This document shows positions 36,944-49,225 of a stretch of DNA of 64,000 nucleotides, piece after piece; the stretch's first letter is position 1, and every line of letters begins with the position of its first letter. Below the pieces are notes generated by a model that saw only the letters and a list, made by a program, of their open reading frames with translations, did not search any database and was not told where the DNA came from. The position numbers and the translations under genes are program-made. The stretch is from Orbicella franksi (lineage: Eukaryota): the NCBI GenBank assembly GCA_964199315.1, contig OZ116710.1:16554001-16618000 (forward strand), given 5' to 3'.

Positions 36944-38710
36944 TTATCGGTCGTATAATTTAGAAGGCGAACCGAATTTTCTTGCCGCCCGGCTCAGCAG
37001 AGAGTTGGCTGTCCTAACCTTTTGAAAACGAAATTCGGGGTCTCTTAGGATCGCTTGCCATTGACCGAAGCCGTGTTTTTTAAGTCCAGCTTTTAGGTAT
37101 TTGTCTTCTTCAGGAGAGAACATCACATTTTTTCTTCTCGCGCCAATTTCGTTCGGCCTGAAAGCATCTTCGCGTGTTAGTCTCGGCACGCCTGCTAGAC
37201 GCTCGGGTTGTTTTTTCGTGATCACTTCGACCTCGTCGGTAGAAGGAGTGTCACTATTGTCAGCATTTTGATCTTGCGAAGAGCTTGACAGGTCTGAAAG
37301 CCTCGAGCGCACTTCCATTTCTAATTCTGTTCCCCTGTCACCGTGCAATTCTTTCAAACATTTGTGTGCCTTACTAGCGACGTCACGCGATCGTTGCTTT
37401 TGATAGTGAACCCTTGCCACGACAGAGCTGTGTTTCTGATCCTCGGATATTGTGCTTTGCGCGTTGCTACTAAGTTGCCTGCAGCTTGCGGTCTCGACTA
37501 TTTGTCGATAGCGAGTCGGATGAACGTACTTGCCTGTTGCATCGAAGACAAGTTTACTCATTAGTTCTCCTAGCTTGTTGTGTTGTCCTCCATTTCTCGT
37601 CACTAAAACATAATCACAGTTCGGCTTGAGCAGAGGGCGTGTATGATTGATGTAGCCATCTAACACTTGCATGCTAGTCTCAGTCAGGTAAAGAGAATCG
37701 AAGCCAAACTTTCCTGCTGTTTTGAACATTTTCTGGTCGATAAATCCGCCGTTGGTTTTAGCGTTGTTCACCATCTCAACAGTTAAATATTGATATGTCA
37801 TCGGGCGCGATCCTTTGACCTTGATAAACAAATATACGGCGAGAAATTTGGTAGCAAACGATAAGTCTAGTGGGGATATTGTACCTGGATCATCCTTGCA
37901 TGATTTTAGCACGCTTTCGTAGCGCGGCAAATAACGCCCTACGACTTCCAAGAGCTCTTCTAGCGTAGCCCAGTGTCCCTTGGCTTCTAAGGCTTCGATA
38001 TCGAGTTCGCTCGTCCATTGTAATCGCATCATCTTGGAGACGGTCTTGCGGACTCGTTTTAAGTACAGCTCTGTGGAAGATAATCCTCTTAATACCGATT
38101 CCGAAGCTCCATTGACTTTTCTGAAATCCCCTAATTCTGCAATGGCGTCCAAATAGCCTATGCGCCCTGCGTGCCCGAGATTCCACTCGTCTTGCATCAT
38201 GTCAACAAATTTGAAAAGTAGATTGGGCGAACATAGACTAAAGTCAACGATTTCAAATGTAAGATCCTCCTCTTCTTCGCAACAGAATTTAAGAAACTTC
38301 AAACACTTGCTGACAATTTGGTGCGCTTGCCGATCACTTTTACAACCTCCGCCACTGCCGGTGAACCAGGACAAGAAATCTTGTGCGATTTCACTTGACA
38401 TGGCAAAAGAGACAACTCTTCTAGATTTAGGTGGAATCTTGTGATCACTGACCTCCATTTTGTTGCTTTTTTGTTGGCCTGATTCAATCTGAGTGATGTC
38501 TGGCTTTTCGTCGAAATAAAAGTACCAACGATGTTTGTTCTTTGCGTGTTTTCTGCATCCTCTTGCCGTTGTAAACCCATCATGATTGCAATCTTGCACT
38601 GGACAGTGAAAAAGGCCATCAGAATCGTCTTCTTCTAAGTGAAGTCGTTTGGGTTTAGGAGATGCGTTTCCTAACTTTGACCAGTCGATTTCCACTCCTC
38701 TTTTGTTCAT
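36944..38710 (-). CDS. Intronless 588-aa protein: C2H2 zinc finger + tyrosine recombinase/integrase + C-terminal Myb/SANT-like domain (Crypton-like mobile element protein)
   Basis: N-terminal CPVQDC-x12-HAKNKH. Tyrosine-recombinase motifs in order: GSRP (R), FKTAGK (K), VHPTRYRQ (PHxLR-like), QKHS (H), VHYQ (Y). C-terminal FSPEEDKYLKAGLKKHGFGQWQAIL resembles Myb helices 1-2. Confidence 0.8.
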   Translation of the reverse strand: MNKRGVEIDWSKLGNASPKPKRLHLEEDDSDGLFHCPVQDCNHDGFTTARGCRKHAKNKHRWYFYFDEKPDITQIESGQQKSNKMEVSDHKIPPKSRRVVSFAMSSEIAQDFLSWFTGSGGGCKSDRQAHQIVSKCLKFLKFCCEEEEDLTFEIVDFSLCSPNLLFKFVDMMQDEWNLGHAGRIGYLDAIAELGDFRKVNGASESVLRGLSSTELYLKRVRKTVSKMMRLQWTSELDIEALEAKGHWATLEELLEVVGRYLPRYESVLKSCKDDPGTISPLDLSFATKFLAVYLFIKVKGSRPMTYQYLTVEMVNNAKTNGGFIDQKMFKTAGKFGFDSLYLTETSMQVLDGYINHTRPLLKPNCDYVLVTRNGGQHNKLGELMSKLVFDATGKYVHPTRYRQIVETASCRQLSSNAQSTISEDQKHSSVVARVHYQKQRSRDVASKAHKCLKELHGDRGTELEMEVRSRLSDLSSSSQDQNADNSDTPSTDEVEVITKKQPERLAGVPRLTREDAFRPNEIGARRKNVMFSPEEDKYLKAGLKKHGFGQWQAILRDPEFRFQKVRTANSLLSRAARKFGSPSKLYDR

Positions 38711-38942
38711 CTTTTAATATCCGATATGTGAAGTTTCTCGCGAGACTACTGTATTTATAATAAATAGCTGACTTGTTATCCATCTGGCCCGCTTCTCACA
38801 CAATAAAACCAAACAAAGGAACAAAGGGGCAGGTCTCATCTTGTCCCAACCTGCCCTTACCTGATTAAGCATGCAGCAGGCAAGCCAGGCTAGAATTTGA
38901 ATTTGCCCTCGATCGCGCATGTTAGAATGGTAAAGTAACCTC

Positions 38943-39531
38943 GGAACTTGTGTTCGTGTTCACCAACGCTAAATAGGAACCCTCGTTCCCATTAAGTGAC
39001 TCAAATAAAACAACGGAATGCTAGTTCCTCTTTAACTTAAAGCGGAACTAATTCCAGTTTGGAAACAAAACTATTGTTTCCATGCTTTCAGCAGAAAAAA
39101 GGACCAAAATTGCTTTTGAAAGGGACCAATTAAAACATTTGGGAACGACAAGCAGCGATTAGGAACAGCACGTTCCTAATTGCAAATAAGATAAGACTAA
39201 AGTGGAACAATCGTTCCTTAATATTGAACTCCGGAACTTACTATGCTGGTCAATGGGAACGAATTGTGTAAAAGAGAACACTCGACAAAATCGGAACCAT
39301 TCGAAAAGGAACATTTGTTCCTGAAAAGATAAAAACGGAACAAAGAGTTCCCTTTACTCGCAATAAAAAAGGAACTTCGTGTTCTTGTTTAAGACAAAAG
39401 GAACCCGTTGTTCCGATTTCAGACATCGTTGTTCCTAGGACTGATTTCGGACTAAAAACAAGTTCCTATTGGTGTCTTCTAAGTTTGTTCCTTAAACAAT
39501 TAGAGGAACAAAGCAGTAAAACTCGCGGAAC
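38943..39531. repeat. Dense array of GGAAC/GTTCC pentamers upstream of the recombinase ORF
   Basis: 25 occurrences counted by eye in ~590 bp, often as GGAAC-N4/5-GTTCC inverted pairs. Confidence 0.8.
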
Positions 39532-39698
39532 GGTAGCTTTTCAAGAAAGCCATTATTTTTTGCGTCGCATCAATTACAATCATGATTTGAAAACTTGCTA
39601 AATTAAGGAATACGCCAACAAGGCGGGCAAAAAAATATCGACGAAAAAGATGGTGTTAAAAGCCAAAATCTCTGCTGTCATCAATTTTGGGGAATGTT

Positions 39699-39720
39699 AA
39701 TGATAATGATAATGATAATG

Positions 39721-39751
<31 letters not shown>

Positions 39752-39850
39752 AAGACTTTATTTAACGAGGGTAACATAATTTACTGGTTGCCCAGTAGTT
39801 TACAATATGGCCTTCCCTAATTTTACATAAAATCATTTACATATTATATA
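39699..39850 (-). mobile_element. (AATGAT)n microsatellite plus short adjacent segment, probably the 3' tail of a truncated LINE/SINE
   Basis: About 8 copies of AATGAT (39699-39746) followed by tttatttaacgagggtaac..., a layout like the microsatellite-tailed LINE at 58201. Homology to 9330 resumes at ~39852. Confidence 0.5.
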
Positions 39851-41330
39851 CTTGTAGCCTTCGAACACCTGTCCTCGCCTCGATCGCTTTGCTCTCCGAA
39901 TTCTTCGCAGGCTAGCGAATTTGGAGTCACGTGCGTTATGCCACGCAAAAAAACAAAAAAAAACAAAACAAAAAAACAAACAACAAAAAAAATACATACC
40001 ATTAAAAGCTGACTCGAGATGAGCAGTTTATTTCAAGTCATACCGAAAACCAGTTATTCTGCAAATCGGCGCGTTTCCCATCCACAGTTGCCGGTGAGTA
40101 AAGGTGAAAATTGTGATTAATTAACAGGAATTGTTTACATTCTATGATCAAGTTGTGTCAACCGAAAACGCAGTCATACAGAAATCAAATATATTCACCA
40201 CAAAATTACAAAAATTCACTTAAACCTGCAAATATTTGCAGTATTTGCACTTGAACGCGTGGAAAGATTAATGATTAGAGCGTTTAATAAGAAACACGCG
40301 GTTAATGCCTGAGAAAGGACTGAAAATTAGGCATCATAAGAGGCAATAGAAGTAGAAAAATAATTAATGTCATCTTCCGCTAACCGCTTTGCGGGGTTTA
40401 TTTCGCATGAAGACTCTGGCCTACTCATAAACAGGTTTTGGCATTTACAGTTGCTTCTAGTAGTGTCCCCTTTATAGAGCTGCTTCTTTTTGCATTTGAC
40501 GATACAGCAAGTCCGCTGGGAAAATTTTCTCAAACTGCTCAAGCTCTGAGGATTGCGAGAAAAGCACTTCCAGGCCTGTTGTTTAAGCGAGTTGCAATTA
40601 AATCTGCATAGAGCTACTGAAAGTATGTTCAAAAATATAACTATTTGCAAAGCCATCATACAAAAAGTCAGTATTTTGCCAGGACAAACAACAAGCGAAG
40701 AAACAAGCCGTTTTCCTGCTGAACAACATTGTTCGTGAGAATTCTATATAGAAAACGTTGAATAAAAATTGCTAAATGTATTCAAAACGTGTTTTGTCGG
40801 GAATACTATTATTGCTCGAAGGCAAAACATCTTCACAGTGATGAGATAAACTATCTCTGCTGTAAGCTAACACCGATTTTTTTCTCTACTTAATTGTTCG
40901 AATTAATCACAGCTAGTTTAATTAATCCAGTATTCAGCTTTACTTCTTTCCACCCAGTTTTGTTATTGTTTAGAGATTTGGCGAGATAAAATGTTATTAT
41001 ATATACAAAAGGTAAGCGATAGCAAAATAAATACGACGTTATATTGTTACGCTAGATCATAGAGTGCTGTTTGGAATGTCCGTCCGGCATAAATATTGAG
41101 TTTCTAACAGGGCCTGAAACCTATTCAGTTTGTCTAGGCAGTTTATTTGCACTTTAAACTCGTTAAACATCGATTTGTCGACAAGTCTTCGACAGCTAAG
41201 CCGTATCGTCTTTATGTTTGCGCGGTTGGTCTCTTTTTCCTAAGGCTATTTTACATACCGTTGTTATTAATTTTATTGTTTAATCAAAAAAATAGGATTA
41301 CAGAAGAGGCCAAACTCGGCTCCCACTTAA

Positions 41331-41972
41331 GGTAATTCCTCTAAAATAAAAGTGACAATAGATTTTTGCTCAAACTTTGTCCACTGAATATTTGTCATAT
41401 GGTAACTTCAATTTTGAAATAAAAAAGGGGGGTGCCCATGCTCATTGAGGAGCAGTGAGGCATTGAAAATGCCCCATTTTGGCATATTTAATGCTTATTA
41501 TAAGAACGCATTCCCAGTAATTGTAAAATCTTTGTGAACCCAGACTCATAAGAACACGCATTAAACTACAGTCAATACATTGTGTTGGACACAAATAAAC
41601 ATTTTAAGTCTGATTCAGGCAGAAAGCTAAATCCTTGATTAAAAATTTGAACCAAATTTCTTGACGTGGTTACCGACTGCAAAATAGAAAAGACCACAGT
41701 GTATCTGCTATTTTTCTTATTTATTCAATTTTCAGCAATAGAAATTAGATCATTCTTTTCTCACGCAAAGCTTATGATTAGTTGATTATATTGACTGGAA
41801 AAAAAATTGGGGTGCCCGTGCTCGTTGGTGAGCTAGAGCCATTTTTCAACTGACAGAACTCAATATCAAGGTAAATCCGTCGTGTTTTCAATATGCGCGT
41901 GCACGAGCGCGCGCTAATGACGCCATAAATTATGCGCAGTAAGGATGCGCAATGCAAATGTGAGGAATGACC
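41331..41972. mobile_element. 642-bp non-autonomous DNA transposon with TTAA target-site duplication (Kolobok/piggyBac-type target)
   Basis: TTAA|GGTAATTCCTC ... GAGGAATGACC|TTAA. The paralogous site near 10780 has a single TTAA and no insert. Confidence 0.8.
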
Positions 41973-44900
41973 TTAATAGCAGCTGGTATAAGAAGATATC
42001 ACTGACAGAAATGGCTCAGACCTTCGCATAATGGCAGAAATTGAACTGTGCGACATAATTTTAGAAACAAGTGTTTTTCGGTGTAATTGAGCTTCATTAC
42101 CATTTAGACAGCTTCAAAGATTACCAAATTAAACCCTTTTGTTTAAGTGAAAACCGAGGGCGTAACGTTTAGCGTCGATGTCGGAATCATCATGATGAGT
42201 CTGATGTGGACACACTGACTGGTTTCTATTAAATTCGAGAATCTTCCACCGCTTAATTTTCTTCGTGCTGCGGAAATTAGCGACTAATTTTCATTTTTAT
42301 CATGGCTTTAAAAGGTTCATTGACACGAGAGGTCCACCATCATCAAATAATAATGCATCAGTTGCCTTAGAAGCAGTAGTGGACAAGGAACTTAATCTAT
42401 CACAAAATCATGTCCTGTTTTGCTTTCAAAAAATTGTAGCAACTTTCAAAGCTAAATTCACGATATTCATCAGTCATACAAGATGACGAGTGAAAGGCTT
42501 CATTTCATTGGACAAATAGTCTACAATAAAGAACATTTTTAGCGAATAGTACTTCTTGTTAGAATAAAACCATGAGGCTATTTTAAAAATGGTTATTAAC
42601 TCATTATTATTTCACAAACTTGTTTTATCGAGACTCACTTTACTCGTGTTCGAAACAGCAACAAGACCAGGGTGACTTGGCTGACAGTGTAAGCTACTAG
42701 ACTGATTTTCTCTGCGTTTATATTTGATTCAAAGTGAAATCTAACATTTCTGTCTACTTTCTTATTGTCGTCAGATTTCAAGACGCACAAGTTGACTAGA
42801 AAGGTGAGTGACTGTTTTACAAATGGTTTAAATACTGTCTGACTGTCAGAGACGCATTTTTTGTAGCCATGAATGTTCTAATCACAGATAAAGCGCTGTT
42901 TGTTGAAGCAATTTTAGACGGCTCGTGTAATATCGTGCGATAGCACAATGCCGAATTTTTTTAACAGCCAGTTCTCCTCTTTTTCTGTTGATATAAAGTA
43001 ACTGACTGGAAATTGAAAATTTGAAATTGTTCGTTTCTTATTATTTAATTCACTTGCCATCACGTTTATTGATTTTATTGTGGTATCACTAATAGAGCGC
43101 AGATTTCGCGGGCAAACTTTCACTTCACTCGGCTAATCAGTGTACTGAAAGTTTATGTTCAAAGTTCTTCATGATGTAAATTCAATCGTTACTTATTGAT
43201 GTCAGTGGTGGATTTATTTCAATCTTATTCAGGAGAAAACCTGTCGATCAACCAAAACATCAAAAAATACCGAGTTTACAAAATTATAAAATGGAAAACG
43301 GACCAATTAGGTTTATTTCAAGCTTTTTCGTTTTCACTCATTGAAAAATTCGTCCAGTGTGGCTACATGCGCGTTGTAGATGCGGGATTATGATTTCAAC
43401 ATAGTTTTTGAGATTAGTTTCCTTTACTGACTGCTAAAATTATTGTTTTAAGTTCATGAGGATTTGAAAATATGGACAGCATTTAGACATTATTTGCGGA
43501 AGAAAAATCATAGTTGACGATATCTGTTTTCATAACTGTGGATGTTGATTATTCATTCAAGTTAAAGAATCGAGTGGTACATCCTAAATTCCTTGCTGGA
43601 ATTATGTTGCAAAAGTCCGTTATGTTTTGTGTCGATATAAAAATGCTCAAATTTACTGAAATAAGGAAAGAAAATTATACATCAAAGTTATCAACTTAGG
43701 CAACACGTCAGTATTTGTTAACTAACGAATGAAAGACACAATTTTTTTGGGCACTGATGGTTACATAAACAAACTGTTCAGGCCAATTATATTCCTCGTA
43801 AGAAAATTGATACTAGATATAGTTGTCATGTCAAAATTATTCCTAAACTTGTTTTATCGAGAATTATTTTACTCGAGGCAAAACGACGTTAACCCTAGCT
43901 GGAGCGACTCGGCTAGCAGTGTAAGCTTATTCGGTTGTATTTTTCTCAACTTTTTCACTTGATTTAATGTCAAGGCCCCTGACATTCCTTTCTCCTCTTT
44001 CACGTTAAGCAAATCGATTACAACTTTCGGCGAGAAACCCAAGCTTAAAAATAAGGTGTGTGATTTTACTCTACTTAAAGAGTCAGTTAACGCCAGTTCA
44101 CAGCACACTGTTCTTTTGCATAGAATGCCTTGATAGAGCACATTTTTGACAAAGCAATCATGAACTCTCTGCAGCATTACACGGTTATCGTAGCCGAATA
44201 GTCTTCCACAATTATTAAAGTTGAAGCAACGAAATTTCTCTGGAACATGAAGAAATTCTGAGCCTTGTCTATGTAAGAAAACCGCGCAACTTAGCTTCCA
44301 ATTTATTTTATTAAAATGACTTTCAAGACGGCACCTAATTGCTCTTTTTTCACTTGAAGTCTTCAAGGACAAGCTAAGATTCTTGATCGACGAATCCTTA
44401 AGGGTAAAAAGTTATCATATCGCTCTCACTGTTTTAGAAAACACTGCAAGGTCCATTGGACAAAAACTTCGCACAATCTTAACACTGAGAAAAAACGTGA
44501 TATTTGTTTGATGCAACACAACAAGAAGTTAAAATCGTATTTTTTCTTATTGTATAAAAACAAAAGAACTGTCATGAATATTATCAGTAATGTAATGTAC
44601 TATTGAAACAGCTCGACTCATGGTCAACAGTAAACTGGTCCAAACACGAACCAAAGTCAACACAAAGGCTAAAAACTCAATTGCACACGTAACTTACTTA
44701 TCATTCCTTCACAGTGAGTTGTTCACCAGTGCTTGGAACAGAAAAGCAATTGTCTTCGAGCCTCGAGGCATGGTACTTTCCTCTAATTTTCCTGCTCCTG
44801 ACGACTAAATTAAATAGTTTCTCAATATTGTAATGCCACCAAAAAATCACGTCTCTTTGCCAATTAGGGAAGTTTTGTCGAAACTCTAAAATCCAGAAAA

Positions 44901-45525
44901 ATTATTCGATGCCACTCTAAATTTCGAATAGGAATAGGTCGCAAGGAAAATAACTTCTCTATAGTTTAGATAGCTTTATGCATTTCTCCACTTGGCCGCC
45001 GGCAATTTCTCCAATTCAAAACTAATATTGTGAGTTGGCGTTAAAAATTGGGAAACATTCACATGCGTTGTTGTTTTGCACAGGTAAAAAAAGAAGCAGC
45101 ACGAGGAAAAAATGCGTAGTGTTTCCTTTCAAAACTAGCACTATCGTTTCAAAATTCGCCAGTGAGAGGAAATTTGTCTTGAGTGAGAGATATGATATTC
45201 AATTTTCGCAGCATTTCCACTGATATAAAAAACACATATCCGATTTGAGTAGAAGCTAGTAGACGACTTGAAGTACAGCTTTCAGAGAGTTTGAATATCC
45301 CCGTCACTAAACTAAAAAAAGCACCACTTAACCAAAGTTTCAATTCAAATTTTTACAAAGAGAGAAAACGTTTTCACGTCGGAAAATTCCGCTATAAGTT
45401 TTTAACACGGAGAATAACGTCTCTTTTGTAGAATTTGCCTCTCACCGTTACCCTACTTTAATGTGCACTGATCTGGTCGTTGTAAACGTTTTCTCGTAGC
45501 GAGATCGCGAAGAACTAAGAAAATA

Positions 45526-47427
45526 ATGGCCTTCATTTCACCTAAAGTCTCTATAATGCCCTTGTTGTCTCTGTCGGCGATGTTTTTGCTGATGTACTGT
45601 GCCGGAGCAAATAACAAAACCAATCAACCGTCGTACAAAATGGTGAGTTATTGCGTTATCTGACAAATGTTAATTTCTGGTAAGAGTAAAACGAAATTTC
45701 GTTGCAAACACTATTGATTTAACTTTGGACATTACAGATGCGTCCACGTTGCCTTATTTATAGCTTTGATTGACTAAACCGGTTGAGCGGCACAAACAAT
45801 CTGGGCTTTCCTTCATTATAGACAGAAGTAGTTTTCTTCGTCGCTGTAAAAATTTTAAAATATTGCAACCAAAGCAGGGGGAAATACAGGGGCCTGATTC
45901 TAGTAGGAAGAAAAATTACGAAATTTAAACTTTAAAAGCAGTAAAATTTAAGCCTCCATGAGTGGAACAAAGTATTTTGTGACTAGTAAAAAATCTCCAC
46001 CAACAGATTTTGTATGATTTCTTGAATTGGCATATCCATAATATTACTGAATTTTAATTTTTTTTAGTCGCAGCAATAAACTAAGGTGAAATTAATTGTT
46101 AGTATAATTTTCAGAAGTGAATATTCACCAATGTTCACTTTGCCTTTGGCGAATAATTGTTAAATGTAGTAAAGTACTGCTCCTCGAAAATTGCCTCACT
46201 GTTACTAATTCAAATTGCAAACACTCTGTATACGAGTGACTGGTAAAAAACAGCGTTAAAATTCATGATTGTGAATCCCGAATAATTAAGGCCTTTTTTT
46301 CATTCCAATCCAGCAGCCTCTTGCTTTATGTTATGGTGGTATCCCTGGTATGCACGGCAAGCCTGGGTCTCCTGGGGCACCAGGTCGTGATGGTCGTGAT
46401 GGCCGTGACGGAGCCAAAGGTGACCAGGGCAGCCCGGGAAAGACTGGACCCCAGGGATCTCCAGGAACTCCTGGTATCAATGGAAAGAATGGCGCCAAAT
46501 GAACACCTGGAGTCCAGGGCCTCCCCGGCCAAAAGGGGCAGCGCGGAGAGAGTGGAACAAGTGAAACCCCTGGAACTCCTGGTGTGATGTCTTATAAGAA
46601 CTGGAAAGAGTGTACATGGAAAAACTTGAATGACCAAACAGATAACGGTCTGATCAAGGTGATTGAGTTTTGTAGGTGATGTTTTTGTAACAGATCATTG
46701 CGCACAGCTATCTCAAGCTTATTGTGTGAGCGTTGTTTACACTGGCAATCAGGACACTATCCCTTTCTTCCTTTGTGTTTCATTTTCGTGATGGTTTAGA
46801 TCGTGTTAAGCGCTGTCAAATAGTTTAAATTGATTTCTATTGCCCTACAACACATAAATATTTTTATTGATTGATTTTTAATGATTTTTATTCTGATTAT
46901 TTTAAGCTGAGGGCCCCAAGTTTATCAGTAACTTAAGTTACTGTCACGGGTCACCCTCATTAAATAAAGTCTTTCACTTCACTTCACTTCATTGATATTG
47001 TCGAGTGAATGTTTCCGTTTGATCAGTTATCGATCCCTTTCATTTCTCTTGTTTTTTTTTTTTAGTTTTGTAAAGGACTGTGTGTTCACCAAGAACTTCT
47101 CTCACACTTCCCTCCATGTTTACTGGACTGGTACTCTAAGAATCTACGGCTGTGACAGCTGCTGCAAAGTATTTCACTTTCAACGGTGCTGAATGTTCAG
47201 GCTCTCTTCCAATTGACGGTGTTGTGCGCATGTATAAAGGAAGTGGTAAAAATCCCCATCGCGTTCGCCATATTGAGGGACACTGCAACAACATCCACAA
47301 AGGCAAGGTGCGCGTGGGATTCTGGGTCGGTAATTGTGCCGGATACAGTGGAAGTTACGACGCCTACACAGGCTGGAATTCAGTGTCCCGGATCTTTACT
47401 GAAGAAGTTCCCAAACCTCAGGCTTAG
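45526..47427 (+). pseudogene. CTHRC1: CTHRC1-like copy 9 (exons 45526-45642, 46314-46658, 47076-47427), disabled
   Basis: Exon 1 is intact and nearly identical to copy 3. GGA>TGA at 46500-46502 in the collagen exon. A 5-nt deletion near 47168 shifts the frame of exon 3. Confidence 0.88.
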
Positions 47428-48796
47428 ATCTCGAGACAAAACATCCATTCCTGCAGAAAACGCTTATAATGGGACGGTGATAAATTGCTTAATTATATAA
47501 TGCGGGGTTCCTGTGATTACTGGGTGTGTTCTGTAAAGGTTTACGGTTCCTTTTTTTAATAAAATGCAGGAGGATTGATAAAGAAACATTTATTTGTTTG
47601 CATTTGTATTCTGTTCTCTTTCTTCATCCACATAGAGACAAGGAATGTTTTGTTCAGAATGTTAAAGCTAGAAATAGCAAGAAAATGGGAAAATGAGAAC
47701 ACGTGCACCCTGAGGAAAAGGTGGGGTCAAAATAAACCACTGTTTGATATATAGGTTTATTATACAGTTGGCGTTTTTAAACGGGTAAGATGAACCGAAT
47801 CCTGGGGTTTTATTGGCTACCCGAGCGTGAAAGATGGCGCTGTCTTGCCTGCTCTGGATTACCCGCTGTGTCCCGCCAAAAAAATAGTGCTCTTTTTCCA
47901 TCGAAAAAATCCTTTATTGAGTAAACTTGGTAAGTCAAGATGGCTTGATATTGGTCTCGTTCTTTTTCTGAAAAAAAAAAATGAAGTTGGCCAATATCCA
48001 GCCATCTAGACCTCACGCTAGGTCAATAGCCCGTATGTATATTAGTTCAGCTGTAATTCTGTGAGCGCAAAGTAATTGAAGCAAACCTAAGTAAGCCGAC
48101 TAAGCGTTCAAATACAGTGCAGCCTTAAACTCAGACTAAGTTTAGTTTGACAGGACCCCGTAGTATGGAAGGAATTTTACATAGCCTGCGAGTCACCTTC
48201 CAAGAGAATCTGGACAAAAGGAAAATATTACTAAGAAATTTACTGTTGATTTTCTCCGTCATGACCACTTGGAGATATTGGAAAACATATTGAAGAAACC
48301 ACAAGTTTGAGCTGAAAAACTTTGTGCACTTTGAACAACACCTGTCAACTTTAGGTCGATATCATCCTCATTTGTACCTAAGTTGCTCCTCTCTGTCCTC
48401 GTGTCTCTACTTTTAATCGATTGAAGAAATTAAAAAAATATAACAACAAACAATTTTAAGATGTTGACTATAGACTTGATTATCATCTGTTTTAAAAAAT
48501 ATGCCTTGTTCGGCCGGAGGAGACTCTCATTTAACTTATTCAAAGAAGATTATCCCACAGATATGTTCTAAGGAAGTACAATCAGCTGACGTTTTAGTCG
48601 ACAAACCTTCTTGTCAATTTACTCTTACATATTGACGAAAAATTCAGGATTCTTCAGAGCTGTTCAATTCTATCAAGTTAAAGAAAGGAAATAACAAACA
48701 GCGGATAAAAAAACATTTTCAGCCTGGTAGCGTTGATGTGAGAAAAAATTCTCGTCAATCACAAAGTGGTGTTAAATTTAAGGCGTGTCACATTTA

Positions 48797-49225
48797 AGGC
48801 CGAGACCCACTATGCGACAAATCGCTGCGACACGTCGCCGCGACAGCTTGCTGCAACAAATTGTGACATGTGAAAATTATTGTCGCAGCGACAGAATTTT
48901 GTCGCTGCGATCTGTTGGATGAATTCAAACTGTTTTGAATTCGTGCGACATATCGCAGCGACAAAATAAGCGCAAGCAGCTTTGTCACAGCGTGTCCACC
49001 CTTCTGCGAAATGTCGCTGCGACAAAATTTAAATCAACCAATGAAGGAGCGTCATATATTTATTTTTGGAGCTAGTTCACATTTTCCCTCTTCCAAATTC
49101 CCTTGCGTGCACCGATCAAGTGTCTCGTCGTAGCAGCAGTGCAGAAGAGGCGACTTGTCGCAGCGACAAAGCGAGTTGTCGCCGCGATGTGTCGAAACGA
49201 TTTGTCGCATAGTGTGTCTCGGCCT
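48797..49225. mobile_element. 429-bp PIF/Harbinger-type MITE
   Basis: 28-bp TIRs aggccgagacccactatgcgacaaatcg / cgatttgtcgcatagtgtgtctcggcct, flanked by TTA on both sides. The paralogous empty site has a single TTA at 3394-3396. Confidence 0.85.

Noticed and set aside
43869-44372. 167-aa minus-strand ORF
   Set aside because: The paralogous blocks at ~12.8-13.2 kb and ~57.2-57.6 kb do not keep the frame; no recognisable motif.
45381-45392. GGAAAATTCC kappaB-like site upstream of exon 1
   Set aside because: Not conserved in the intact paralog (GGTAAATTCC at ~14219), and short motifs like this arise easily by chance.
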